A stretch of DNA of 64,000 nucleotides, taken from assembly GCA_002269645.1 (NCBI GenBank), contig NIVC01000943.1, forward strand, positions 19,845 through 83,844, in the 5' to 3' direction. Shown one piece after another: positions 27,101 through 40,843 of the stretch; positions within the stretch are counted from its first letter, which is position 1; the number at the start of each line of letters is the position of its first letter. A model generated the notes under the pieces. The model was not told where the DNA came from and did no database searches. It worked only from the letters and a program-made list of their open reading frames with translations. The stretch is from Macrostomum lignano (Eukaryota). Both the position numbers and the translations under genes were made by a program.

Positions 27101-27296
27101 TCGAATAGCTGCTGCTATTATTTTGATTTTTTATTAGAGTTTCAAGAAAGTGTTTTAAAAATTTTTAATTTAATTCGATTCCAGTCTTGCAAAGCAGGGT
27201 TTATTTGTTTCGAATTAAACTGTTATTTAAGTCACAAAAATCGATGAGAGTTACGAGTAGTTTGGAGCTGCCATCAGCATCAAGTAATTGCATCAG

Positions 27297-28391
27297 TCAA
27301 GGATGGAATTTGGCGCACCAGACCCGACCAGCGCACTGCTTGTTGCTGTGTGAGGGGATGCAGTAGTCCCTGCAGTTCCTGCAGTGCTTAGACAGCACCC
27401 TGCCGGTGTACACCGTCCGCTTCAGCTGGCCGTCGATGCCGCGGTGCATGATGTTTCGGTGGAACCGGCAGACCCGGCAGACCTCGCAGCTGGCCTGGCA
27501 GAAGGAGAATCTCGAATAGCGGCGGCAGGAGACGGGCAAGCAGTTGCGCTCCTCCTCGCACTTCTGGCTGGAAGGATTTCGGCCCCTTGAAATTGCGAGC
27601 TTGACCCACCGGAGTGCTTGACCCGTGGGAGTGCTTGACCCACGGGAGTGCTTTACCCACAGGAGTGCTTTACCCACGGGAGTGCTTTACCCACGGGAGT
27701 GCTTGACCCACGGGAGTGCTTGACCCACGGGAGTGCTTGACCCACGGGAGTGCTTTACCCACAGGAGTGCTTTACCCACGGGAGTGCTTTACCCACGGGA
27801 GTGCTTGACCCACGGAGTGCTTGACCCACGGAGTGCTTGACCCACGGGAGTGCTTGACCCTCCGGAGTGCTTGACCCACGGGATGACCCACGGGAGTGCT
27901 TGACCCACGGAGTGCTTGACCCTCCGGAGTGCTTGACCCACGGGATGACCCACGGGAGTGCTTGACTCTCCCGTGCTTGACCCATGGGTGCTTTACCCAC
28001 GGGAATGCTTGACCCATGGGTGCTTTACCCACGGGAATGCTTGACCCACTGGATTGCTTGACCCACACGGGATTGCTTGACCCACACGGGATTGCTTGAC
28101 CCACTGTTTACCTATGAAGCTGCGTATCACATCTACTGGGGCCTATCAGCATACAGGTGGCCCCCAACTCAGCCCGCACTCACCTGGGTCCCGACCCGCC
28201 TTTCAGTGCCGAACCTGCAAAGAAAAAGCAGTCGGGCAGTCACGCTAGTCTGCAACAATCCCCGTCAAGCCTCAATTTCCTAGAATTTCCCGCAATTTGA
28301 AGCGGCTCTCACTGAGATCGAAGCCGGAGCTGCTGGCGACAGCGCAGGCCAGGAGGGCCACCACTATCAGCTGGAGGACTGCAGCGCGCAT
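27297..28391 (-). CDS. Secreted 126-aa, 12-Cys protein with an ShK-toxin-like domain; exons 28391-28313, 28214-28184, 27567-27297
   Basis: Signal peptide MRAAVLQLIVVALLACAVASS. Splice pairs A|gtgaga-ttttctttgcag| (phase 1) and AG|gtgagt-ccttccag| (phase 2) give a continuous 381-nt frame. Mature part QKCEEERNCLPVSCRRYSRFSFCQASCEVC...CAKFHP. Confidence 0.8.
27600..28103. repeat. 17-bp minisatellite (gtgcttgacccacggga) in intron 2 of the Cys-rich gene
   Basis: Directly visible. Confidence 0.95.
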
Positions 28392-28784
28392 TTTGCTGAG
28401 TTGACTTTTTGTAGCGAAGCTTTCTAGGAGCAGAAGGAGAACGTTTCCCTCCCGCAGCAGCAGCGGCCTGTATTTATGCCCCTGAGGGCTCGGGGTTTAC
28501 CCGCCACCCTGCCAAGCGTGTGGGCAGCTCACAACAATGCGACAGCCGTACTCGCCACTGCCACCCCTGGCCGCCCTCAACAGCACCGAGTCCCGGAGGT
28601 GACGATCAAAGCCCCACGCCCTCTGGCTGCCAGAATGACGCAGCGCATGTTTTGCGGGTTCACTTGAGCAACGAGAAGTGAGGGTCGAATCGATGCCCCC
28701 GTGAGACAAGGACTCCTAAACAAAGTGGGTGGACTGGGGAGAGCTGACCTTTTAAAATTTTTCAAAATGGATTAAATATTGCAT

Positions 28785-30147
28785 GGTGTCAGTGTCAGGG
28801 ACTCGGGTGTCAGGGACCTGAGTGTCACTAGTTTGGGTGTCATTAGCTTGGGTGTCAGTAGCTTGAGTGTCAGAAGCTTGGGTGTCAGAAGCTTGGGTGT
28901 CAGTAGCTTGGGTGTCAGTAACTTGGGTGTCAGAAGCTTGGGTGTCAGTAACTTGGGTGTCAGAAGCTTGGGTGTCAGAAGCTTGGGTGTCAGTAGCTTG
29001 GGTGTCAGAAGCTTGTGTGTCAGAAGCTTGTGTGTCAGTAGCTTGGGTGTCAGAAGCTTGGGTGTCAGAAGCTTGGGTGTCAGTAGCTTGGGTGTCAGAA
29101 GCTTGGGTGTCAGAAGCTTGGGTGTCAGAAGCTTGGGTGTCAGAAGTTTGGGTGTCAGAAGCTTGGGTGTCAGAAGCTTGGGTGTCAGAAGATTAAGTGT
29201 CATTAATTTGGGTGTCAGTAACTTGGGTGTCAGAAGCTTGGGTGTCAGAAGCTTGGGTGTCAGTAGCTTGGTGTCAGAAGCTTGGGTGTCAGTAGCTTGG
29301 GTGTCAGAAGCTTGGGTGTCGGAAGATTAAGTGTCATTAATTTGGGTGTCAGTAACCTGGGTGTCAGTAACCTGGGTGTCAGAAGCTTGGGTGTCAGTAG
29401 CTTGGTGTCAGTAACTTGGGTGTCAGAAGCTTGGGTGTCAGAAGCATGGGTGTCAGTAGCTTGGGTGTCAGAAGCTTGGGTGTCAGTAACTTGGGTGTCA
29501 GAAGCTTAAGTGTCATTCATTTGGGTGTCAGTAGCTTGGGTGTAAGAAGCTTGGGTGTCAGAAGCTTGGGTGTCAGTAGCTTAGTGTCAGTAACTTGGGT
29601 GTCAGAAGCTTGGGTGTCAGAAGCATGGGTGTCAGTAGCTTGGGTGTCAGAAGCTTGGGTGTCAGTAGCTTGGGTGTCAGTAGCTTGGGTGTCATTAATT
29701 TGGGTGTCAGAAGCTTGGGTGTCAGTAGCTTGGGTGTCAGAAGTTGGTTGTCAGAACCTTGGGTGTCAGTAGCTTGGGTGTCAGTAACTTGGGTGTCAGA
29801 AGCTTGGGTGTCAGAAGCTTGGGCGCCAGAAGCTTGGGTGTCATTAGTTTCGGTGTCAGTAGCTTGGGTGTCAGAGGCTTGGCTGTCAGAAGCTTGGGTG
29901 TCAGAAGCTTGGGTGTCAGTAACTTGGGTGTCAGAGGCTTGGCTGTCAGAAGCTTGGGTGTCAGAAGCTTGGGTGTCAGTAACTTGGGTGTCAGAAGCTT
30001 GGGTGTCAGTAGCTTGGGTGTCAGTAACTTGGGTGTCAGAAGCTTGGGTGTCAGAAGCTTGGGTGCCAGAAGCTTGGGTGTCATTAGTTTGGGTGTCAGT
30101 AGCTTGGGTGTCAGAGGCTTGGCTGTCAGAAGCTTGGGTGTCAGTTG
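28785..30147. repeat. 15-bp minisatellite (gggtgtcagaagctt)
   Basis: About 1.36 kb array. It explains the LTPKL and VSEAW repeat ORFs. Confidence 0.97.
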
Positions 30148-30609
30148 ATTTGGTGTCACGGACACGCTTTTCCAACTGGTTACTCGCACTTGGCCAGTCC
30201 AGCTGCGACCTCTAAGAGGTCCCTGCGCACAGCGGGCTAAGAGTCTCCAACTCTGAGGCAAGCGAGCAGGTGGCGCTGGCCAGCATGAGTCACGTGTTTT
30301 GTTTGCCCTTCGCTTGGCCGGCCTCACCACAGCAGGCTTTTACGAAGGCTTATTTTGGCAATTCTCTCACGACTGCCAAGTTTGACCTCAGCGCCACACA
30401 CGTGGCGAAGTGGTTTCATAAGTTTTTTTACAACTGGAATCCGGAAAGTTTGCTGGTCTTCATAGTGTACTCGCAGTTTTATTAGCAATAATAATGAGAA
30501 CGCATGAACAAATTGTCTCCAAACAAAACGACGGATTTATTACTTCGTTTTAAGTTAACGAAAATTTGCATTTCGAAATTCTAATGTGGCGCATTTGCAT
30601 CATGCGCCA

Positions 30610-30960
30610 GTCTGACTGTCTAATATTCTGCCTGTCTACTTTCTGCCAGTCTACCAATATTCTGCCTGTCTACTAATATTCTGCCAGTCTATCCACCAAT
30701 ATTCCGCCAGTCTATCCACCAATATTCTGCCAGTCTATCCACCAATATTCTGCCTGTCTACTAATATTCTGCCAGTCTATCCACCAATATTCTGCCAGTC
30801 TATTCACCAATATTCTGCCAGTCTATCTACCAATATTCTGCCAGTCTATCCACCAATATTCTGCCAGTCTATCCACCAATATTCTGCCAGTCTATCTACC
30901 AATATTCTGCCAATCTATCTACCAATATTCTGCCAGTCTATCCACCAATATTCTGCCAGT

Positions 30961-30965
<5 letters not shown>
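30610..30965. repeat. ~23-bp minisatellite (accaatattctgccagtctatcc)
   Basis: Directly visible. It abuts the GPCR stop codon. Confidence 0.94.
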
Positions 30966-33476
<2,511 letters not shown>

Positions 33477-34196
33477 CTGACTGACTGACTGACTGACTGA
33501 CTGACTGACTGACTGACTGACTGACTGACTGACTGACTGACTGACTGACTGACTGACTGACTGACTGACTGACTGACTGACTGACTGACTGACTGACTGA
33601 CTGACTGACTGACTGACTGACTGACTGACTGACTGACTGACTGACTGACTGACTGACTGACTGACTGACTGACTGACTGACTGACTGACTGACTGACTGA
33701 CTGACTGACTGACTGACTGACTGACTGACTGACTGACTGACTGACTGACTGACTGACTGACTGACTGACTGACTGACTGACTGACTGACTGACTGACTGA
33801 CTGACTGACTGACTGACTGACTGACTGACTGACTGACTGACTGACTGACTGACTGACTGACTGACTGACTGACTGACTGACTGACTGACTGACTGACTGA
33901 CTGACTGACTGACTGACTGACTGACTGACTGACTGACTGACTGACTGACTGACTGACTGACTGACTGACTGACTGACTGACTGACTGACTGACTGACTGA
34001 CTGACTGACTGACTGACTGACTGACTGACTGACTGACTGACTGACTGACTGACTGACTGACTGACTGACTGACTGACTGACTGACTGACTGACTGACTGA
34101 CTGACTGACTGACTGACTGACTGACTGACTGACTGACTGACTGACTGACTGACTGACTGACTGACTGACTGACTGACTGACTGACTGACTGACTGA
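33477..34196. repeat. Perfect (CTGA)180 microsatellite directly abutting the GPCR ATG
   Basis: 720 bp with no visible interruption. Confidence 0.97.
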
Positions 34197-34208
34197 CACA
34201 GACGGGAG

Positions 34209-34239
34209 CACTGAACACCAAAGATGGCCGCCTTATATA
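34209..34239 (-). promoter_or_regulatory. Core promoter of the GPCR: TATA box plus TCAGT initiator
   Basis: Minus strand TATATAAG at 34239-34232 and TCAGT with putative +1 A at 34212, 27 nt downstream of the first T. Confidence 0.6.
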
Positions 34240-35503
34240 CAGAAGCATTCCTGTGGACTCGGGGGAGCGGATGGTATTATGAAGAGTTGGAAATCCCAGT
34301 CTGATAAAGCAAAATTTCTGCTCGCCATCGCTGCTGGCTAATTGCCCTGCCGTCTGCTGGCTTCCTGCTGTGCATTTCATCGAAAATGTAATTGGATAAT
34401 CCGGCAGCTTGCAATAATAAGCAGCGCTCATCTAATTATGAGCCGGGATTGTTTGATCAAATTATTTTTTAAAAGCCTTTGAGCTCAGTCAGCTGGTGTT
34501 TACTTTTTTCAGTATCTGGGCGGATTAAAAGCAGCAGCTCTGTATGTGGGTATTGATACATTATTATGTTTGCATTGGCATGCAGTCAGTAGCCAACTGC
34601 TTTTATAAATATAAGTCGCTAAAGTTGTATGCGCAATATCTACTACAACTACTAATTGGTATCAACAAACATTTCTAATATGGTTTGAAGAAACCCACTT
34701 TGTTCATTTATTTAATTGAGTAGAAAATCGACCATGCATTATATGTCGTATCATTAAAAATATTTGTTATTCTCATTCATGAATTAATAATATTTTTAGT
34801 ATTTTTACTATTTTAAAAATACTATTGTTGATTGAATGCTAATATTATTATTGCTATTAATATAATTATTTTTATTATTATTCCTAATATTCTTACTTTA
34901 AAAACCATTTTTCAATAATTTATCGGTAATAGTATAATTGCTATAAATACTGCTATTCTCATTAATAAAGTCCTTCCTATCTAACATTTCTTATAAATGA
35001 AAATAGGGAACAGTTTCACGATTCGCAGCTTTATTAGAAAAGAAATAAATATTGCAATCATGCAGCTGTTTTTTTATAGTTTCTACATGTATATACTGTA
35101 ATTCATATTCTTAACAGATAAAAAATTTATTCACACGTGTATTTTATTGTGTAAATAATAAAAAAAGTAGCAAAAGGGAATGTTTTCCAACAAAAAATTC
35201 TGAAATTATCAGTCAATTTTATTGAAGTTCATCGTCTTTGATGCTTCAAGTTTTTGATACGAGAAATGACGACTAGAATTTACGTGCATTCTAATAGTAA
35301 TATTTCTAGTTCTTTTATTTGTGCGCTACAAAAAATAACAGCTTTTCCGTTAAAAATATCATTTAGCGCTTTGTTGTTTTGATTTCTCCGACAAAGTTTT
35401 GTTATAATAATTATATCTATAGAAGCCAAGCGACACATATTCAAAATGTTGCGAAAAAACGAATTCTAAAATACCCAGTGTACATTGCTCAAAGCCGACA
35501 AAC

Positions 35504-38500
35504 ATGCCTTCGTTTAATACACATGAACCACAGATCGCCAAGAAAAAGCAGTCTAGAGTTATACTGAAGCGAAGGTACATTTCTGATGTAGTCGAAGTCG
35601 AAGAAAAACCACCGCCAAAGCCTCCAAAAGTACACGATACTGGAGTTAGCGATGAAGTACTGGAAGGTCTTACAGATGCATTTGAACTACTGTACAATCC
35701 AAACTACTTTGGACACCTAGAATTTGAAGAGCAAATAAAAAAGTTCAAAAGTCGAGATCTCCTTGAAGCAAAATTGTACAAAACTGCCCTTAAAGCATTC
35801 GGCAATCAGCGATTTGTTCGGGAGCGCCTAGCGAAAGACAATGGAAGAAAACGAGTATTCGTTGCTCAGCCACTGTCTGAACTCCGCGGCTTTGATTCAT
35901 TTTCATCAGTGTCTTGCCTTCCTAAAATCAGCAGTGACTCTAGGAACGCAGACTCTTCAGAATCCGATGCAGCCACGGCAGAGCTCGAGGATCCGGCGGC
36001 ACAAGAGATGTCAAGATATCAACAGTGGCTGAAGAAGCGCCAAGTGCAACATCGGGACTTGGAGCGCATGGGAGACGTTGAGCGCTACCTCCGAGGCAAG
36101 GGCGGCCAGCTGTCCAGCATGGAGAGGGCCACCCTTCACAAAATCGAGGAGAGCCGTCGGCCAAAAGAAGTTGAGCAGGTGGTCGAGGAGGCGGCCGAGG
36201 TCCGCACGCGCCCGCCCTCCAAAGTGTCGGTAAAGCGGCCGTCCCCGCTGGCGCTCTTTATCATCGATGGCGAGCTACGCAAGCGGAAGCTGCGCCTGTC
36301 GGACCTGTTCACCAGCATCGACAAGGACAAGGACTGGCTGCTGACCCGGGACGAGTTCCGCAAGGCGATGCGGCAGAACCGCGTGCCACTGCCGGAGCCG
36401 CTGCTGGAGGACATGATCATCACCCTGGACCAGGACAACAACAACCAGCTGGACTACCGGGAGCTCGCCCAGGGACTCGAGCAGTACAGGCGCGAACGGC
36501 GCTCGCCGGAGTTTCTAGCGCTGCTGTCGGAGGAGTCGAACCAGTTCCTGCTAGCCAGGGGCGCCGACACCACCGGCGCCTCGTCGCCGTCCGAAGGCGA
36601 CGCTGCCGAGTCGCCAAGCGGCGACGGCGCCGGCGCCCGCAGCCCAGACTCGGCAACCGCCGGCGGCCCCGCCGGTTCCGCCACTGCAGCAACCGCGTCC
36701 GGTGCCGAGTCGCAGTTGTCAACCCTGCGGCCTGGTGAATTCGACACCTCGCAGGTGCGCGCCGACATGGCGTGGGAATACCCCTGTTAGGCATGGGATA
36801 CCCCTGTTAGGCATGGGATACCCCTGTTAGGCATGGGATACCCCTGTTAGGCATGGAATACCCCTGTTAGGCATGGAATACCCCTGTTAGGCATGGGATA
36901 CCCCTGTTAGGCATGGAATACCCCTGTTAAGGCATAGAATACCCCTGTTAGGCATGGAATACCCCTGTTAGGCATGGAATACCCCTGTTAGGCATGGAAT
37001 ACCCCTGTTAAGGCATGGAATACCCCTGTTAAGGCATGGAATACCCCTGTTAAGGCATGGAATACCCCTGTTAGACATGGAAATAGCTATCATCTCCTAT
37101 TAGATATGACGCCTCCAAAGACTCAGCTGAACCAACTCTCAATGTCTCAGCAAAGATTCAAACCCTGAACCACTCCAGGAGCGCTACTCGGTGAACAACG
37201 CGGAGGCCTCGGCGGAGCTGCGCAGGCGGGACCGGGTCGCCCTGCGCTACATGCGCAAAGGCCGCCATCGGGGCGAGGAATTCCGCTCGATGGTGAAAAC
37301 CTTCGACCGCGACATCGACGATCACGTGACACCGTCCAGCCTGCCGGAGCGCCCGCTGGCCGAGCAGGTGGACGCCTACAGGCAGCGGCAGCTGCGCGAG
37401 TTCATGTCCATTGTGGAGGCGTGCAAGGAGCGGGGCGTGGTGTTCTCCGAGCGGCTCTGCCGGCGGGTCTTCCTGCACCCGGCGGACCGCACCAGGAAGC
37501 AGATCGGCCAGCAGGTGAGTCCGCCTGGGAGCTGCTGAGCTGCGCATGGCTTTGAGCACACTGCTCAGGAATCTCGTCTCCTGTTTACATTAATTTAGTT
37601 CTCGCCTCACCATGAAACCATCCGTAGATTTCGAATCGACAGTGAAGGTAAACTTTTTTCGTTTTAACAAAAACGACTTCACAGTAAGCTAAGAAGACTC
37701 ACAAAACACTTTTAAAAACGGTCCCAGCTTCACGACCCCTATCACCCCTCACCCTTCATCCTAAGCTCACTCCTCACCCTCCGTCACCCAAAGCTCACAT
37801 CTCACCCTCCATCATCAAGCTCACATCTCACCCTCCATCATCAAGCTCACTTCTCACCCTCCATCATCAAGCTCACATCTCACCCTCCATCATCAAGCTC
37901 ACCTCGCACCCTCCATCATCAAGCTCACTTCTCACCCTCCATCATCAAGCTCACTTCTCACCCTCCATCATCTCAAGCTCACCTCGCACCCTCCATCATC
38001 TCAAGCTCACCTCGCACCCTCCATCATCTCAAGCTCACATCTCACCTTCCATCACCCCAAGCTCACTTCTCACCCTCGGTTACCTAAACCTCACCCTCGG
38101 CCTTTCTCAACTCAACTTTATTCCAACTTCCAAACGTTCCTCAGGTGGCGCCCCCGGGTTCGAATCCCAGCGAGCTGCCGTCCAGCGCTGTGCTGCCGCC
38201 CGGCCAGCGGGCCACCCTCGCCGCTGCTGCTGGAGGTCGTCGAGGCGGCGACCCTGGCGTGGTCGGAGTCGCAAGCGGCGGCGCTATCGGCAGCGGCGCG
38301 CCATGGTGGCGCCAGGGCGGAGGCAGCAGCGGTGGCGGAGGCGGCGGTGGAGGCGGCGGTGGAGGCGGCGGCGGCGGCGGTCGCGCCAGCAATATGGCGC
38401 GGCTCAGACGGGCTTTGCCGACCCAGCGCGACCTGCTGGTTGACGACGACGACGCCGAAGTCGAGCTGCCGACCGGCACGGCGATGGTGCGGCGGAAAGT

Positions 38501-39501
38501 CGACTGTTGGCTGACGTTTGAGGAGTTCCAGCGACTCACCGACAAGATCGACTATTCGAGACAGGTGGGAAAGCCGGGTGACCCTGTCTAACAGCCGTGA
38601 TGACCCTGTCTAACAGTGTGATGACCCTGTCTAACAGTGTGATGACCCTGTCTAACAGTGTGATGACCCTGTCTAACAGTGTGATGACCCTGTCTAACAG
38701 CCGTGATGACCCTGTCTAACAGCCGTGATGACCCTGTCTAACAGCCGTGATGACCCTGTCTAACAGTGTGATGACCCTGTCTAACAGTGTGATGACCCTG
38801 TCTAACAGCCGTGATGACCCTGTCTAACAGTATGATGACCCTGTCTAACAGTGTGATGACCCTGTCTAACAGCCGTGATGACCCTGTCTAACAGTGTGAT
38901 GACCATGTTTAACAGTGTGATGACCCTGTCTAACAGTGTGATGACCATGTTTAACAGTGTGATGACCCTGTCTAACAGTGTGATGACCCTGTCTAACAGT
39001 ATGATGACCCTGTCTAACAGTGTGATGACCATGTTTAACAGTGTGATGACCCTGTCTAACAGTCGTGATGACCCTGTCTAACAGTGTGATGACCCTGTCT
39101 AACAGTGTGATGACCATGTTTAACAGTGTGATGACCCTGTCTAACAGCCGTTTAAACAGCAGTTTAATCAGCTAGGGGGGTTCCAATCCAAGAACTGTCG
39201 ACAGTCCTTGTCCAACTCCGCAGGCGCATCTCCGTGGACCCCGCAAGGATGCTTTCTGGCCGGGCCGCCTGGAAGGCCGGGTCCGCCGTTTCCTAGAAAG
39301 CGGACTGGACGGCGCCTCCGCCTACGGGCCGCAGCTGATGTTCCAGGCCACCCAGCCCGCGCGGGGCGGGCGCAGCCACCCCTACCTGCCCAAAGAGAGC
39401 TGGCCGGTGGTCGGGGTCACGTGACCTACGGCTCCATCGACCCGACGCTGGCGCACGAGATCACGGGGCCTCGGCGGCTGCAGCAGAAACTGGCGCACTA
39501 G
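35504..39501 (+). CDS. EF-hand protein, EFCAB12-like, copy 1 (~761 aa if intact); exons 35504-36754, 37179-37514, 38145-38564, 39224-39501; 1-nt deletion in the last exon
   Basis: Two EF loops (DKDKDWLLTRDE, DQDNNNQLDYRE); LTFEEF and AFWPG motifs recall EFCAB12. All introns are phase 0, GT/AG. The G-run at 39413-39416 has 4 G versus 5 in copy 2, giving a premature TGA. Confidence 0.75.
36775..37078. repeat. 20-bp minisatellite (ggaatacccctgttaggcat), EFCAB-like intron 1; only ~3 units in copy 2 (46396-46455)
   Basis: Directly visible. Confidence 0.93.
37740..38100. repeat. ~26-bp minisatellite (caagctcacatctcaccctccatcat), EFCAB-like intron 2; copy at ~47115-47475
   Basis: Directly visible. 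Confidence 0.92.
38575..39150. repeat. 21-bp minisatellite (gtgatgaccctgtctaacagt), EFCAB-like intron 3; copy at ~47950-48525
   Basis: Directly visible. Confidence 0.95.
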
Positions 39502-39734
39502 ACTGACTGGAGACTCCAGAAAATTTTGTGCTGCTCAGCCATCATGCTGCTGCCAATCTCGCTTTCACTTAATTTGCATGTTTCACTCAAGTGTTTTCAT
39601 CGAATTTTCGGATGATCTGCTTTGATTCCGTGCATGCCTTCCCATTGTACACATGCTCTAATATATTGCAACAATCAGCTTTAATCTGTAAGTGGCAACT
39701 CAGACTTAATAAAGTCATTACCTACGAAGCAAAA

Positions 39735-40550
39735 CTGTGAATGAGCAGGATGGGGCATGAGCAGGATGGGGCATGAGCAGGATGGGGCATGAGCAGGATG
39801 GGGAATGAGCAGGATGGGGAATGAGCAGGATGGGGCATGAGCAGGATGGGGCATGAGCAGGATGGGGAATGAGCAGGATGGGGAATGAGCAGGATGGGGA
39901 ATGAGCAGGATGGGGAATGAGCAGGATGGGGAATGAGCAGGATGGGGAATAAGCAGGATGGGGAATGAGCAGGCTGGGGAATGAGCAGGATGGGGAATGA
40001 GCAGGATGGGGAATGAGCAGGATGGGGAATAAGCAGGATGAGGAATGAGCAGTGGGATAGGCCGGGGATGAGCAGGGAATGAGTAGGGGGATGAGTAGGG
40101 GAATGAGCATGGGAAGGAGCAGGGGAATGAGCAGGGGAATTATCAGGGGAATGAGCATGGGAAGGAGCAGGGGAATGAGCAGGGAAAATATCAGGGGAAT
40201 GAGCAGGGCAATGAGCAGGGGAATGAGCAGGGGAATGATCAGGGGAATGAGCAGAGAAATGAGCAGGGTGAATAGCAGGGGAATGAACAGGGGAATGATC
40301 AGGGGAATGAGCAGGGGAATGAGCAGGGGAATGAGCAGGGCAAATATCAGGGGAATGAGCAGGGGAATGAGCAGGGGAATGAGCAGGGCAAATATCAGGG
40401 CAATGAGCAGGGGAATGAGCAGGGGAATGATCAGGGGAATGATCAGGGGAATGAGCAGAGAAATGTGCAGGGTGAATAGCAGGGGAATGAACAGGGGAAT
40501 GATCAGGGGAATGAGCAGAGAAATGAGCAAGGTGAATAGCAGGGTGACAA
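39735..40550. repeat. Adjacent 16-bp and 12-bp purine-rich minisatellites (gagcaggatggggaat / gagcaggggaat); copy at ~49115-49925
   Basis: Directly visible. Confidence 0.95.
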
Positions 40551-40843
40551 GAAGGGTTATGAACATGAAGTGCTGGAGTTGTTATGCCCATGGATGAATA
40601 ATATAACTGGATCGCCAGAAGCTCGATTTTTTGGTCCTAGCCATAGACAAGCAGCAGCATCACAAGAAGCTCAGAATGCCGTACTTTCACACATGTTCTG
40701 TAAATTGCCCGTGATCAGTGCTTCGTAAAATTGGCCCTGCAGCTAAATGACAACTGAAAATAGACTTTTTTGCCTTTTGTGATAAAAGTTCTATGAACAA
40801 ATTGTATTGTTATTCATTGTATATATACATATACGTAAGAGTA

